Source: Callorhinchus milii
Taxonomy: Eukaryota
Assembly: GCF_018977255.1 (NCBI RefSeq)
Contig: NW_024704742.1
Span: 75,704,001 to 75,768,000, forward strand
Length of the DNA: 64,000 nucleotides
Direction of reading: 5' to 3'
Positions 24,627 through 37,400 of the stretch are shown piece after piece. Below the pieces are notes generated by a model, which was not told where the DNA came from, searched no databases, and saw nothing but the letters and a program-made list of their open reading frames with translations. Numbering within the stretch: position 1 is the first letter of the stretch; every line of letters begins with the position of its first letter. Made by a program: the position numbers and the translations under genes.

Positions 24627-25364
24627 AGAAATGTCTCCAGCGAGCAGCTCCACAGATATGTGTCTTTGTGAAAAAAAACAATTGCAACGGGTGATTGAAA
24701 TAATGGAGTTTAGGGGTCAAATCCTAAATATCATCCTGCATTATCTACAGAGGTTAGCTGTAGTTTTCAAATCTTCACTTACAGAATTCTTTATAGTTAC
24801 ATAGGCACCAAGACACTGACAGTAATAAAAAAAATCAAACGTTCAATCGAGTATAAATACCTGGAACTAAGAATGCTGTGGAAAACCAAAGACAGTGAAG
24901 TACATACTGTCCATCTAAATGTACCACATGCTGGTGGTCTTTCGTAGCTCACATTCAACTTGACTGTACTAAAGATGAGAACATAGAATGAGTAAGTAAT
25001 TAACTTCAGTTTGTTTAGTGGAACCCCACAATATTGAAATGATTTAACTTTCTTGCCTGCTCTGCGCAATCCTTCTACTGTAGCACGTTTTGGTTGGTGT
25101 GTTCATTACTTGGTATGCTTTGCTGTGTTCATTATAAGGTGTTTTTATTCTCTGCTGCAACTGTGTTTTTAGGTCATTTAAGTAAGAATCCATCAATATA
25201 ATGCTGTCTGACACATTTACTTTATTACCAACTCATGTAAGTACTGCTAAGTAAAGCAACAATTATCTGATGCCCTGCAGAGTTTTTTTAATCAACGTCT
25301 ACAATTCTATCTAATCTGCTGATTAGGATGGTTTCATTTTTTTCTGCTTACTTTTACCCCGAAA

Positions 25365-25687
25365 AATAATAATAATAATCCTTGCATTTGATATAGCGCT
25401 TTTCACGTCGGGAGGACGTCCCAAAGCGCTTCACAGAATATACTGTAAAGTGAATTGACTGTATATTTGTGGGCGAACGCGGCAGCCAATTGCGCACAGC
25501 AATGTCCCACAAACAGTCATAGATTGAAAATGACCAATTTATTATTGTTTTGGGTTTTTTGGAGGGATTATTATTAGGCTCTGTGTGGAGTAAGGAAACT
25601 TGCCCAAGGTTTTGCCCTGTGCCTGGAATTGAACTCAGGTCTCTCACTTGCAAAGCAAGTGCTCTAATCACTGAGCTACAGGACTCC
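25365..25687 (-). mobile_element. Young full-length SINE
   Basis: Reverse complement of the family consensus. Confidence 0.93.
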
Positions 25688-27518
25688 AACTTAAAACCCA
25701 TTTAAGTTCTGGTACAAAAATGTCACTGCTACAGTTCAGAGCCAATTATCACATAACTTGGGAGTGACCCCATAGTGAATAAGCAGTGTAGATAATTGGT
25801 TATTGCACAAAATGAAAATTGGCTAAGCACAATACTCGTCCATCAGGAGTTATACTATCACTGAAGTACTACACTGCCAACCCTCTTCCTGTCTTTCTCT
25901 TTTTTGAAGTCTCGTAACTTTTTCTCTCTCCTTCTGGCTGTCCCTTTCTCTGCCACTACCCTACACTATTCATAATCGAGTATAAAGACTTAGCTTCACA
26001 CTATCAGCAAATCGAAATTCAGTTGTGCACGTATGTGAAAACGCATGAATAAAGTGAGGTTATTGGCTCAGCATCTTACCCACATTGATGTGGTGAGTTC
26101 ACATCACCAGTAACATTGCATCGCTGAGCTTATGCACACAAATATTTCTTTTTGCTGCTATCTGATAGACTTGAGTAGACATACTTGGTGGTGTTGTATG
26201 GATAATAATAAGCCTTGCATTTGATATTGCGAGTTATCGTGTCTTCGAGACGTCTCAAAGTGCTTCACAGAATATATTGTAATGTGTAGTGACTGTATTT
26301 TGTGTGTAAAAATAGTCAGTGTGTGGGGTAATCAGCATTCTATGCTGTAGTATTAATCACAATCTGGGAGTTCACCAAACAATGTAGCATAACCACTTCA
26401 ACGGAATGAAAACTTTAAACTTCAAGTGAACAAAACAATGAGCACAGTAAATCATTTTAAAAATAGCTTGATTCTGTGATGGGAAAATGGTTGGTGAGTG
26501 TTGCAGAACGATGAAATCAAATGAGCCAAAGGACCCCCTTCATCCAAAACAATGTTGTGAAGAAAATTGTGGTTGCTTATGGAATGTGATGATTGTTTTG
26601 CAATATTGCATTTAATTTTGATAATCCCGACAAATCTGGTTAAGTAGACTGTTGAAGCCTCTTCTAACTTTTCAAGATCAGCTTTACCTTTACAAAAATA
26701 CAAATTTATAATAATAATCCTTATATTTGGCACAGCGGTTTTCATGTCAAACGGACATCCCTAAGTTCTTAACAGAACTGGCTGGCCTTCCAAGCTGGGG
26801 TGGGAAAAGATGACCAAAAGCACGGTCAAAAAGATACAAATTGAGATGGGCCTTGAATGATGTGAGGGAAGGAGCGAGTCAGAGGGAGAATAAATCAGAG
26901 GGATTCCAAGAGAGAGCAAGTCAGTCTGGGTTGGAGTCCAAGGTGAGGGGTATAGGTTGAAAGCGTGCCTGCTAATGGTAGGATAGTTGACATGAAATAG
27001 GTCAGATGTCTGCTGAGTGAAGGAAGGTGGTTCAGTAGCTTTTGAAGTGGTCGCACACGTACAGTGGGATGTGATACTGGAGGGTTGTAAAGGTGAGAAT
27101 GAGGATGTTGAACTCAATTCTGATGTGAACTCCAATCTAAACCTGAGATTATTTTGAATTGTGTTAATAGGTTATCTGTGATTCTGGGGATGAAGGTTCT
27201 TTGTCCCAACTGATGCATGCGATATTGCTTTCTCTATATTTGTGCCTGGAGTGTCAGCAAAAGGTGTCCACAGGCTGGATCATCTCATCTTCCTGGTGAA
27301 GAGCAGTGGGGACATAGGTTACATTTAGCTAAATATATAAAGATCTTCAGTTTATTTTGGAGACATGATAAACTTTGTAATCCCTGGCAGGTTTTATATA
27401 TTTTCACTGTATTAAATTAACAAGTTTTATATTGTAAAACAATTCATTGTGATAAAGCAATACCAGTATAATATAAGAAAATAAAAATCCAGAAAGATGA
27501 CAACTTTCATTACTTGTA

Positions 27519-27524
27519 TTTATT
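27519..27524 (-). terminator. Candidate LAMTOR3 polyadenylation signal (AATAAA)
   Basis: TTTATT on + strand about 820 nt past the stop, ending a stretch with no recognisable repeats and followed by U-rich sequence on the minus strand. Confidence 0.5.
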
Positions 27525-28340
27525 TTCTCTTTATATGTAAACAAATAAATCACTGCTCCATTCTGTGCTTGATAACCAACAGCACAACAGGCAGTTCAAA
27601 CACGATTGTACAGCACATATCAGGACAAGGACTGTATTAAAGTCAAAACGACACTGTAAAAACAGAAACCAATGCAAGAGTCTCTCTCTTGCTAAAAAGC
27701 AAAGTACACAATGCACAGAGGATGGGGTGTGGTTTGAATTTAGAAACTCCTAACATCTAATTGGAATTATCCAGCTGTGCCTCAGGTCGGCCACCAATCT
27801 GATTGTTAACATCAGAGAAGTCAGTCTGTTTTCAGATCGTTACATTTGATTGCCAGTTAGCAGAACAGTGGTTTTACAACTCAGTTTCATGACGTTAACA
27901 TTCGGAATGTTATTGAGTGGGATTCACCTTTGGCACATGAGAGTAATTCTAGCTAAACCAGGAATTTCCAAATTTGTATGTTTGACTGCCTACAGCTTCT
28001 GACACTCCACATGCTGTGACAGAAACAATGCCATAATAGGCTAACATTTAATTCATTCAAAAACAAAACAGTATAGGTCTCCATGATGTGCACAACACAT
28101 CACTCATGAGAGTGAATCAACAAATCCAGTATTGTGGAAATACTGTTCAACAGAATCCAAGTGCAGAAGTTTATTCTTATCTCAACCTTACAAGGATTTT
28201 GAAACAAGATTTAATTCCACAATTCAAAAGAGGTTTAGGCTATATTTGAACTGGAAATCAAATGCAGCATATCAAATGCAAAGCAAAAGTTCCAAGATCT
28301 TCCAGGAGCAACATCAGTTTCCTTGTCTGGTGGGTCTGCT

Positions 28341-28414
28341 TCAAGAAATCTCCACAGCTTGACGCAGCTCTTCAAAGAGTGGTGCTAGTTCTTTCTCCAG
28401 ACTCACAATCAAAC
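28341..28414 (-). CDS. LAMTOR3: LAMTOR3 last coding exon
   Basis: aag|GT TTG ATT GTG...ATT TCT TGA; LIVSLEKELAPLFEELRQAVEIS*. Confidence 0.96.
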
Positions 28415-31400
28415 CTTTAAAGGCAAAATAAGCAGATTAGCTAAATTTGCAGTTAACCATGCTCTCCTATATGCATCAATATCCATTATGATTTAGGTTA
28501 CACTCCAGTACAGGGGTGCTGAGAAATTAAACTGAGGTCCCATCTGCCTGTTCAGGTGGACATTACTAAATACCATGACACTATTCGAAAAGAGTGGCAT
28601 CCTGGCCAACAGTCTTCCAGATAAATTGGTTATTCACCTCCCAGCGCACAAATTTGTTGCTGTGTTCACCTACAAATATATAGTCACTACATTGAACAAT
28701 AAATACTGTGAAATACATTGAGACGTTTCAATATCAAAGCCCTATCAAATGCAAACATTGTTATTTACACCTTGTTCCAGCAGTTTCTTTTTTAAAGAAT
28801 GCTGCAGAGTTTCTTAACTACTCTTCTTAGACTTGCAAGTTTAATTCTATCTGAGATTGCTATTGTTTCACATCGATGTGTGAATAGGCCCATTTATGCA
28901 CACTTAAAACCATGCTATTCAATCCTGTATCTTAATTGCTTGACTAAAGTACACCAGTGCAAATCTAATACAGTTCACCATAGATGTGTGCCTGAACTGA
29001 ACTTGGCAGGCAGTTAGAATTGGTACATGTGTATGAACACATGGAAAAGCAGCACATCTGGAAATCTGATTTCTGTACAACAACTAACCACAGCTATGAT
29101 GTTTTATAAGCTTACTGCCACCTCACTGAGTGTGTTACAGGATAGAAGGAAATCACGTTGAGATTTATTCTTACCCAAACAACAACTTGCATTTATATAG
29201 CGCCCTTCACTTTCTCTTTGACCGTGCCTTCAGCTCCCCTCTCGACTCTCTACCCCCTCCTTGCTCCCTCCCTTCCCTCCCCTCACCCTGATCATTTCCC
29301 CCCTGCTTGGGTCCTGACCCAACTGTCCAGCGCCTTGGGACGTCCTCCCAACGTGAAAGGCGCTCTATAAATGGAATATTGTTGTTGTAGCGTCCCAGAG
29401 TGTTTAACAATGCTAGAGTCTGACTCTAAGCCAGGGGGAGGGGGAGTGGAGAGGTTTAGCATGTTTAAAAAAGGTCTTTAGGCGGGATTTGAAGTTGGGG
29501 AGGGAAGCAGCAAGGCGGAGAGATTGAGGAAGAGAGTTCCAAAGTTTCGGGGCGTAATGGCTGAAGGCATGGACACCGACGGTGGAGTGGCGGGTACAAG
29601 GGACGAACAGGAGGCCAGAGCCGACCAAGTGGAGGCAGCTGGTGAGGGATAAGCAAATCGGAGAGGTAATAGTAATAATAATCCTTGAATTTGATATAGC
29701 GCTTTTCACGTCTTCTAGACGTCCCAAAGCGCTTCACAGAATATACTGTAAAGTGAATTGACTGTATATTTGTGGGCGAATGCGGCAGCCAATTGCGCAC
29801 AGCAATGTCCCACAAACAGTCGTGGATTAAAAATGACCAATTTGTTATTTTTTTTTGGAGGGATTATTATTAGGCTCTGTGTGGAGTAAGGAAACTTGCC
29901 CAAGGTTTCGCTCTGCCTGGAATTGAACTCAGGTCTTTCACTTGCGAAGCGAGTGCTCTAACCACTGAGCTACAGGACTCCATGAGGTAGGGAGGTGAGA
30001 GGGTATGAAGGGATTTGAAAACGAGTGAGAGGATTTTGAAATTGCTCTGTTTGGTGATTGGGAGCCAGTGGAGCCTGGCAAGGACTGGCGTGATGGGGGT
30101 ATGAAGTTTTGTGCGGTTGAGAATCCAAGTGGTGGAGTTCTGAATTAGCTGAATTTTGTGTATGGTGTAGCTGGGAAGATCAGCGAGGAGGGCATGGGAA
30201 TAGTCTAGCCAGGAAATGACAAAGGTGTGGACGAGGGTTTCGGCTTCTTTGGTTGTGAGGTACGGATGGAGGTGGGCAATGTGACAGAGGTGGAAAAAAG
30301 CGGTCCTGGTCAGGGAATGGATGTGGGGTAGAAAGGAAAGCTGGGGATCAAATTGGACGGCTAAGTTGTGCACAGTGAGTCTGAAGGAGAGCCCAGGGAG
30401 GTTGAGGTCAGACCCGCTGGAGAGAAGATGTTGACGGGAGCCAAAGAGTATGGCTTCCGTCTTGCCGACATTCAACTGCAGGAAATTTTCGCTCATCCAG
30501 GCCTTGATATCCATCAAACAAGTTGACAGGACATCAGCAGACTGGGAGTCGCAGCTGGAGAAGTAGATTTAGATGTTATCTTCATACATGTGGAACAAGA
30601 ACCGACAGCACCCACTGGTTTGTGAAATTGTGGGGGAGGGAGAGGGAACCAATTGCAGTTCTCACATCAAGCACATACATGACTCTGGTTCATAATAATA
30701 ATAAAAATCCTTGCATTTGATGAAACACTATAACATCAGGAACATCTCAAAGCTCTTCAAAGATTCTGTGAAGTGTAGTGACTGCGTGTAGATGAAAGTA
30801 AGCAAATAATTATCAGAAGAGGATAAATGGCACATGTCGATGCTGGGAAATGGTCAAAAATATTTTCAATAGGTACCACTACTCGCTCTTTTTCCATGGT
30901 TTCAATCTTGGACAGCCCAGAGGTATCTCTCCAGAATCAATCCAGCCTCCCTCTTCCCTCAAAAAACATGAACACTTTTATAAATGTATTTTCAATATTA
31001 TTGTGCTGTAAGCACCATTCATTTCTGCATCAACATTTTCCCCATAAACCCATATCGTTAAGACAACTGTAGATTTCAAAGAAAAAATAGCAGCAGAAAG
31101 CTTAAAAGGAAGTGTAAGTGTCCCAAAATATCTTTTCTTCAGCTTCCCGTTTCTGTTCTCGTCATTCACAGTATGATCAGCTCAGGTTTGCTCTCACCTT
31201 TGAGAGAAACCAACCCAGACACAATCTCACTCTCACATCATAAAATCAAGCAAGTAAATGCTTTATCTGAAATGGGAAACATGTAGGCAAATCAGATTTC
31301 AAAGAGGAACTTCAACACCGACCAACTTTAATGTTTATTCTTAATCTTTTTTTGTAGTAGGTGCTTTCCAATTTGTCCGTTTTATCTCTGTATGCAAACT

Positions 31401-34400
31401 ACAGATACGCATGGACAAAAACAAAATATGCATAGAAAAATAACAATGTTTTAAGGCACCCTACAGAGTGTACACTAAAATGTAAACCAGTTTGCAATTT
31501 GTGAGGGCAAAACATCCTTAAAATAAGCAAAACATGGTAGTGGAAAACTAAATTTTCTCTAAAAACCCAACAATTTTACATTGATATAGTGCCTTTCACA
31601 TGAGAAGGATGTCTCAAATAGCTGGGAGAAGGGGAGCTGTCCAAAAGAAAGGTTCTTAAGGTGGGTTTTAGAGTGGGCAGAGTTCAAGTTGTCGGAAACT
31701 CATGGTGTGGTGTTGGTCAGAGAGGAATTAAAATTGACAACAGGGAAAAGAGAACTGTAGCTGATCTCTCAAAGAGACACTTTGAAACATATTGACTGTC
31801 TCGTAATGCAATACTTTCATATATTTGTTATATTTCAGCAATATCCCCATGATACAAAAGCATATCTTACCACCACTTTAATATGTATAAATAATGACAT
31901 TAAAATCAGCTTTCACCAATAAGCACTTTTTGGGGGGATGAAAGCCAAAAAACGATTTTCAACTTCCCCAAATTACATTTTTAAAAGACAAATTTGCCGA
32001 TTTTATTTAGTATCCATGATGGTGCTCACACATCCCGAAACTCTCCTCGCTGCTTCTGGGAAAGCATGAGCAATGCAACATGCTTCCAGGTGAGTACATT
32101 TTAGGAATTACCAGAAGCAACAAAAAGCAAGGTTGGCTTTGAGATGTATGCGTTATAAGACATCATTCTTTGGAGTGAAAATAAATCAATCAGATTTGTT
32201 TCCATGATCTGTGATGGTACTCTGTTTTTTTAAAAACCACAACGTTAATGTTTACTTAGTACCTGGCTTGATCTAGCGTTTTTTGATGTTCTAAAATAAT
32301 CCCTATTTTCACAGAATGTCATTGTTTTCATCTCAATCTCTCCTCCCCCAATTTTAATTGTCTTTCTATATACACCAGCACGAACAGTTTGTCATGTTTA
32401 CCTAATCATTGAGATAGATTAACAATGTACTATAGCCGGAATTGGTTACTATACAACAATTACAGAAAGCTCTGGAGATGATTCACTAGTTTTACCTGTG
32501 TTAGCGTTACTGCTGGCTATGAAGCTAACCACCAAAGGCAATCTATTAAACTGGACAACCTAGGAAAGAACAATAAAACAATCAAAACAAAATCTGATTA
32601 AGAAGTTTGCAAATAATAATTTTGTGAGACTTTATCTAGTTGATAAATGCAGTAAATACAGCTTTAAACAGGTTAGATTGCAGCAATAAGCATTTTAAAC
32701 TGACTGTTCTGGCCCAGGCTTTGGTATGAGGTTGGTGCACTTCCACACAATGGAGGATAAATATCTGCCAACTACATTTGCCTGCTGGAGGGGGTGGTTC
32801 CATTTTTGTGGAAACCCATCACCATCCTTAACAGTACCCAAATCAAACTTGTGCACGTCACCGACACAAACAAATTCCTGTGAATGTAACGGACACTTTC
32901 TCCTCAGAGGGAGATATTCTGCTTAGCCAATTCCAGAGAGTAGTAGGCACAAATTGTGAGCTTGCCTTTGAAAGTATTGTCTGGGGTCCATTATAATAAT
33001 AATAATAATCCTTGCATTTGATATAGCGCTTTTCACGTCTTCTAGACGTCCCAAAGCGCTTCACCGTAAAGTGAATTGACTATATTTGTGGGCGAACGCG
33101 GCAGCCAATTGCGCACAGCAATGTCCCACAAACAGTCGTAGATTGAAAATGACCAATTTATTATTGTTTTGTTTTTTTGGAGGGATTATTATTAGGCTCT
33201 GTGTGGAGTAAGGAAACTTGCCCAAGGTTTCGCCCTGTGCCTGGAATTGAACTCAGTTCTCTCGCTTGCAAAGCGAGTGCTCTAACCACTGAGCTACAGG
33301 ACTCCACATTATGGTACACATTGAGGTTTCATTCTGTATGATGTTGATTTTTGCCACTCCTCACTGAAAACAATACTGAAAAACTGTATCACTTTCAGCC
33401 CCCAACTCCCGAGCTTTGGAAAAGCTGTAAATACTAGGGTCTCCTTCTCCAATTTTTGAAAATCCATTCGGGGAAACGTAACCATTCCTCACACACCATT
33501 TTTGAGCAACATTTCAGAATGCAGTTCCAAAGCTTGCCACAGGTCCAAGGAAAGCTTCATTGTTTTTAAACAAACCTCTCCCCTATAAGTCTGGTAAAAT
33601 TGAGAAATATGTTTTTGTCTATGCCTTGAATGTTGTATTCTACTGCAATAGAGGTACATTCAATCAGAATGAAACCAATCAAAATTTTACTCCCATGCAA
33701 CCTTCAAAAGGGGAATCACAAGGGACAATGTTTGATCCAAAGTACATACATACACAAAATAGGGGAAAGGTGAGAAAGAATGATGAGAAGGAAATACGTA
33801 ATGCTCTACACCCTTTCAATTTGAAGTCTGCATTAATGTAACATGAACGCCTTTACCTGGTAAGTATTGTAATAGCATATGATGCTCTTGTTTTTTGAGA
33901 GTCCCAGCTTGCTTCCTTGATCTGTGGCTAGGGCAAAGGTGGAGAGGAATCCAGGCCTGAGTGCATGCTCTGGGGCATTATCATTAGCAACTGAAACAAA
34001 GTAATCCATATCAACAATCATTACCTTACTATTTTGTTGGCAAGATGTATGATTTTGTCCAGAGTTTGCTGGGTCTAATACACTGAATGCATCTAGTGTT
34101 AACAATGCTGCAAATCTCTTCCCCCACCACACCCATGAAAGCGAATCAATATTAAGGGAGAGTTAACTATACTCTGTGCTTTCAGAGTGCTGCTATGGGG
34201 CCTTCCTTCATTGCTAAACTATATTGGTTAAAGTTACTGCAGCATAACTACTAATGGTTCTGAGCACAGCACAGGGCAAAAANCATGAATATTTTGAAAT
34301 TCTTACTAATTCAGCATCCAAGGCTGCACTCTCCACCTCTCAAAGCCAGTCAGGAACCTCGGCGTTTTGTTCGACCCTGAGCTGTCCTTTCTCCCTCACA

Positions 34401-37400
34401 TCCGCACCACAACTGGCACCGCCTTCCATCACCTCCGGAATATCGCCAGATTACGGCACTACCTCACCCCTCACGCCGCTGAAACCCTGGTCCACGCCTT
34501 TGTCACCTCAAGGCTGGACTATGGGAACTCTCTCCTCGCCGGCCTTCCCGGCACCTCCCTCCACACTGCAGGTCATTCAGAACTCTGCAGCTCGTGTACT
34601 GTCCCGCACCAGGCTTCGCGACCACATCACTCCCACCCTCGCTCACCTCCACTGGCTCCCCATCCCCCAGAGGATTGATTTCAAGATCCTCATCCTCACC
34701 TACAAGGCCATTCACGGCCTTGCTCCCTCCTACCTCTCCGACCTACTATCCCCCTACTTACCTGCCCGTAACCTCCGTTCCTCTGGCTCCGGTCTGCTCC
34801 ACATCCCCCGCCCCAACCGCCCTACCATCGGTGGTCGGGCCTTCAGCCTCTCAGCCCCCAGGCTCTGGAACTCCATCCCCCAGTGCCTTCGCCGCTTCCT
34901 CCCTTTCCTCCTTCAAGGCCGGTCTCAAAACCTTTCTCTTTGACCGTGCCTTCAGCTCCCCTCTCGACTCTCTTCCTCCTCCTCGCTCCCTCCCTTCCCT
35001 CCCCTCACCCTGACCATTTCCCCCCTCCTCTCTCCCTCCCTTCCCTCCCCTCACCCTGCTCGGGTCATGACCCAACTGTGCAGCGCCTTGGGACGTCCTC
35101 CTGACGTGAAAGGCGCTCTATAAATGGAATCTTGTTGTTGTTGTTGTAATTAAACCCATTCAGAGGTAATCAATTACCTTTGATGATACACAACTGTAAA
35201 TTAACATTCACACTGAATTTATTGGATAAATAACTGAGGTCAGATTAACGTTGGCTATATTATAATCTTAAAAAATCTTCATGAATACACAAAGCCAAAG
35301 TGGGCACCATTTCAATGGCTTTAATTCCTGTGCTTTGAAAGACTAAAAGTTGTGGTGAATGTTGAACCCTGTTATTATATGAATCAAGTACAATTCATTT
35401 TGATCCGTATTCTTGCTTTAATTGTTCACACGCTGTATTTTGTACACATAGAAGATTAAGAGAAAATCTATATTAAACATAATGGAAAACTGCCATACTG
35501 CAGATACTGATGTTTACAAGATCAAAATCAAGAAAAATGTTTAAGATACTTGAAATTACCTTTAATTACAGGTACTCCATCTCTGTCAGACACTACAATG
35601 GCATGGAGACCCTCAACACTATAAAACAATAAAAACACAATTATTCACAACAATCTATTTCAGCATCTATGTGGTTCTATTTTTACTGAAAATTTAAATT
35701 AAATTGAAAAATATCTGTGAAGCAATCAAATCATAGGAGAACTCCAACACCAACCAATTTCGATGTTTATTCTTAATCTTTTTTGTGGTAGGTGCTTTAC
35801 AATAATAATAATAATAATCCCTCCAAAACCAAAAACAATAATAAATTGGTCATTTTCAATCTACGACTGTTTGTGGGACATTGCTGTGCGCAATTGGCTG
35901 CCGCGTTCGCCCACAAATATACAGTCAATTCACTTTACAGTGTGTTCTGTGAAGCACTTTGGGACGTCCTCCCGACGTGAAAAGCACTATATCAAATGCA
36001 AGGATTATTATTGTTATTATTACAATTTGTCTGTTTAATCTCTGTATGGAAACTACAGATATGCATGGACAAAAACAAAAGAATATGTATAGAAAAATAA
36101 CAATGTTTTAAAGCACCCCAAGTGTAAACTAAAATGTAAACCAGTTTACAATTTGCGAGTGCAAAACATCCTTAAAATAAGCAAAACGTGGTAGTGGAAA
36201 ACTAAACATTTCTCTAAAAACAACAATTTTACATTGATATAGTGCCTTTCACATCAGAAGGATATTTCAAATAGCTGGGGGCAGGGGAGCTGTTCAAAAA
36301 GGTGTCCAAAAGAAAAGTTCTTAAGCTGGGCTTTAGAGTGGGCAGGTTTCAAGCCTTTGGAAAGTCATGGTGTGGTGTTAGTTGGGGAGGAATTAAATTA
36401 CTGAGATACAAATGGGATACCTGCATTTAAAATGTCAATGTCAAATTGCAAAATACTTAGAATATTCAATATTTTAATACTGGCAGTACGGCCAGAATCA
36501 GAAATAAGTTATTCTTAGAAATAAACACTCATAGAACTACAGTATTTTTCCTTTCTGTCCTCCAGAATATGCTTTTAGTATGATTCCCTACAGTTTTATC
36601 AGGCCACATAAATTAAGACTAAAATTCAAGTTCATAGTTTTCAACTCTTACAATTCATTCATTTTCCAGCAGCTACTCCCCTCAGTTTACATTTGAAAAG
36701 AAATCATCTGTGAACACAGTTCCAGCAGAAAGTAGTAGTTGATATATTTGCAATTTGCATCAAAAATGTCAACCGTCTATTTACAAGATCAAAGACTGCT
36801 CTGAATTTATAAGCCATGCAAGGTTCTCAATTCATGCTGTAATACTCAAAAATGAAATCAGATAAGGAACTCGCATTACTGTGAAGCAGAGTAGAACTGA
36901 TCACTCTGCTTCACAGGAAAATTTTCATTTTAATAAGCTTACCTGGGCAACTGTTTATAAAGGTACCGCTTCAAATCCTGTACAACAGAGAGAACAAATC
37001 TTACATTTCCTGCATAGATAAACACAACTATGCATTTCAAAATTGATTGCAGCTTCAAATAAATAAAAATGAAAAAATAATCCCTTGATTTCGTTCAGCA
37101 CTTTATCACATCGAAACATTGCAAAGTGCTTCAAATAATCAGTTACTTTAAAGTGTAGTCGCTATGGTTTGTGTGGACGAAAGCAGCAGCTAATCTTCAC
37201 CAGCAATGTCCCATAAGCAGCACAAGATGAATGACCAACTGATCATTTTATGGTTTTGAAAACAAATTGCACATCTAGACAGTAACATAAAGGCAATTTG
37301 TTTTAAAAAAGCATCAACTGGGAATATCTCCATTTCCTAACCTTTAAGTCATAAAATGTGGAGATTCACAGTATTCAGTTGCTGAAATAATAAAGGGTTT

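Noticed and set aside
25354..25701. Recurrent ORFs ending ...[16 protein letters not shown] and similar
   Set aside because: Translations of the SINE consensus, repeated at every copy; the resemblance to the J-domain CKDYY is coincidental
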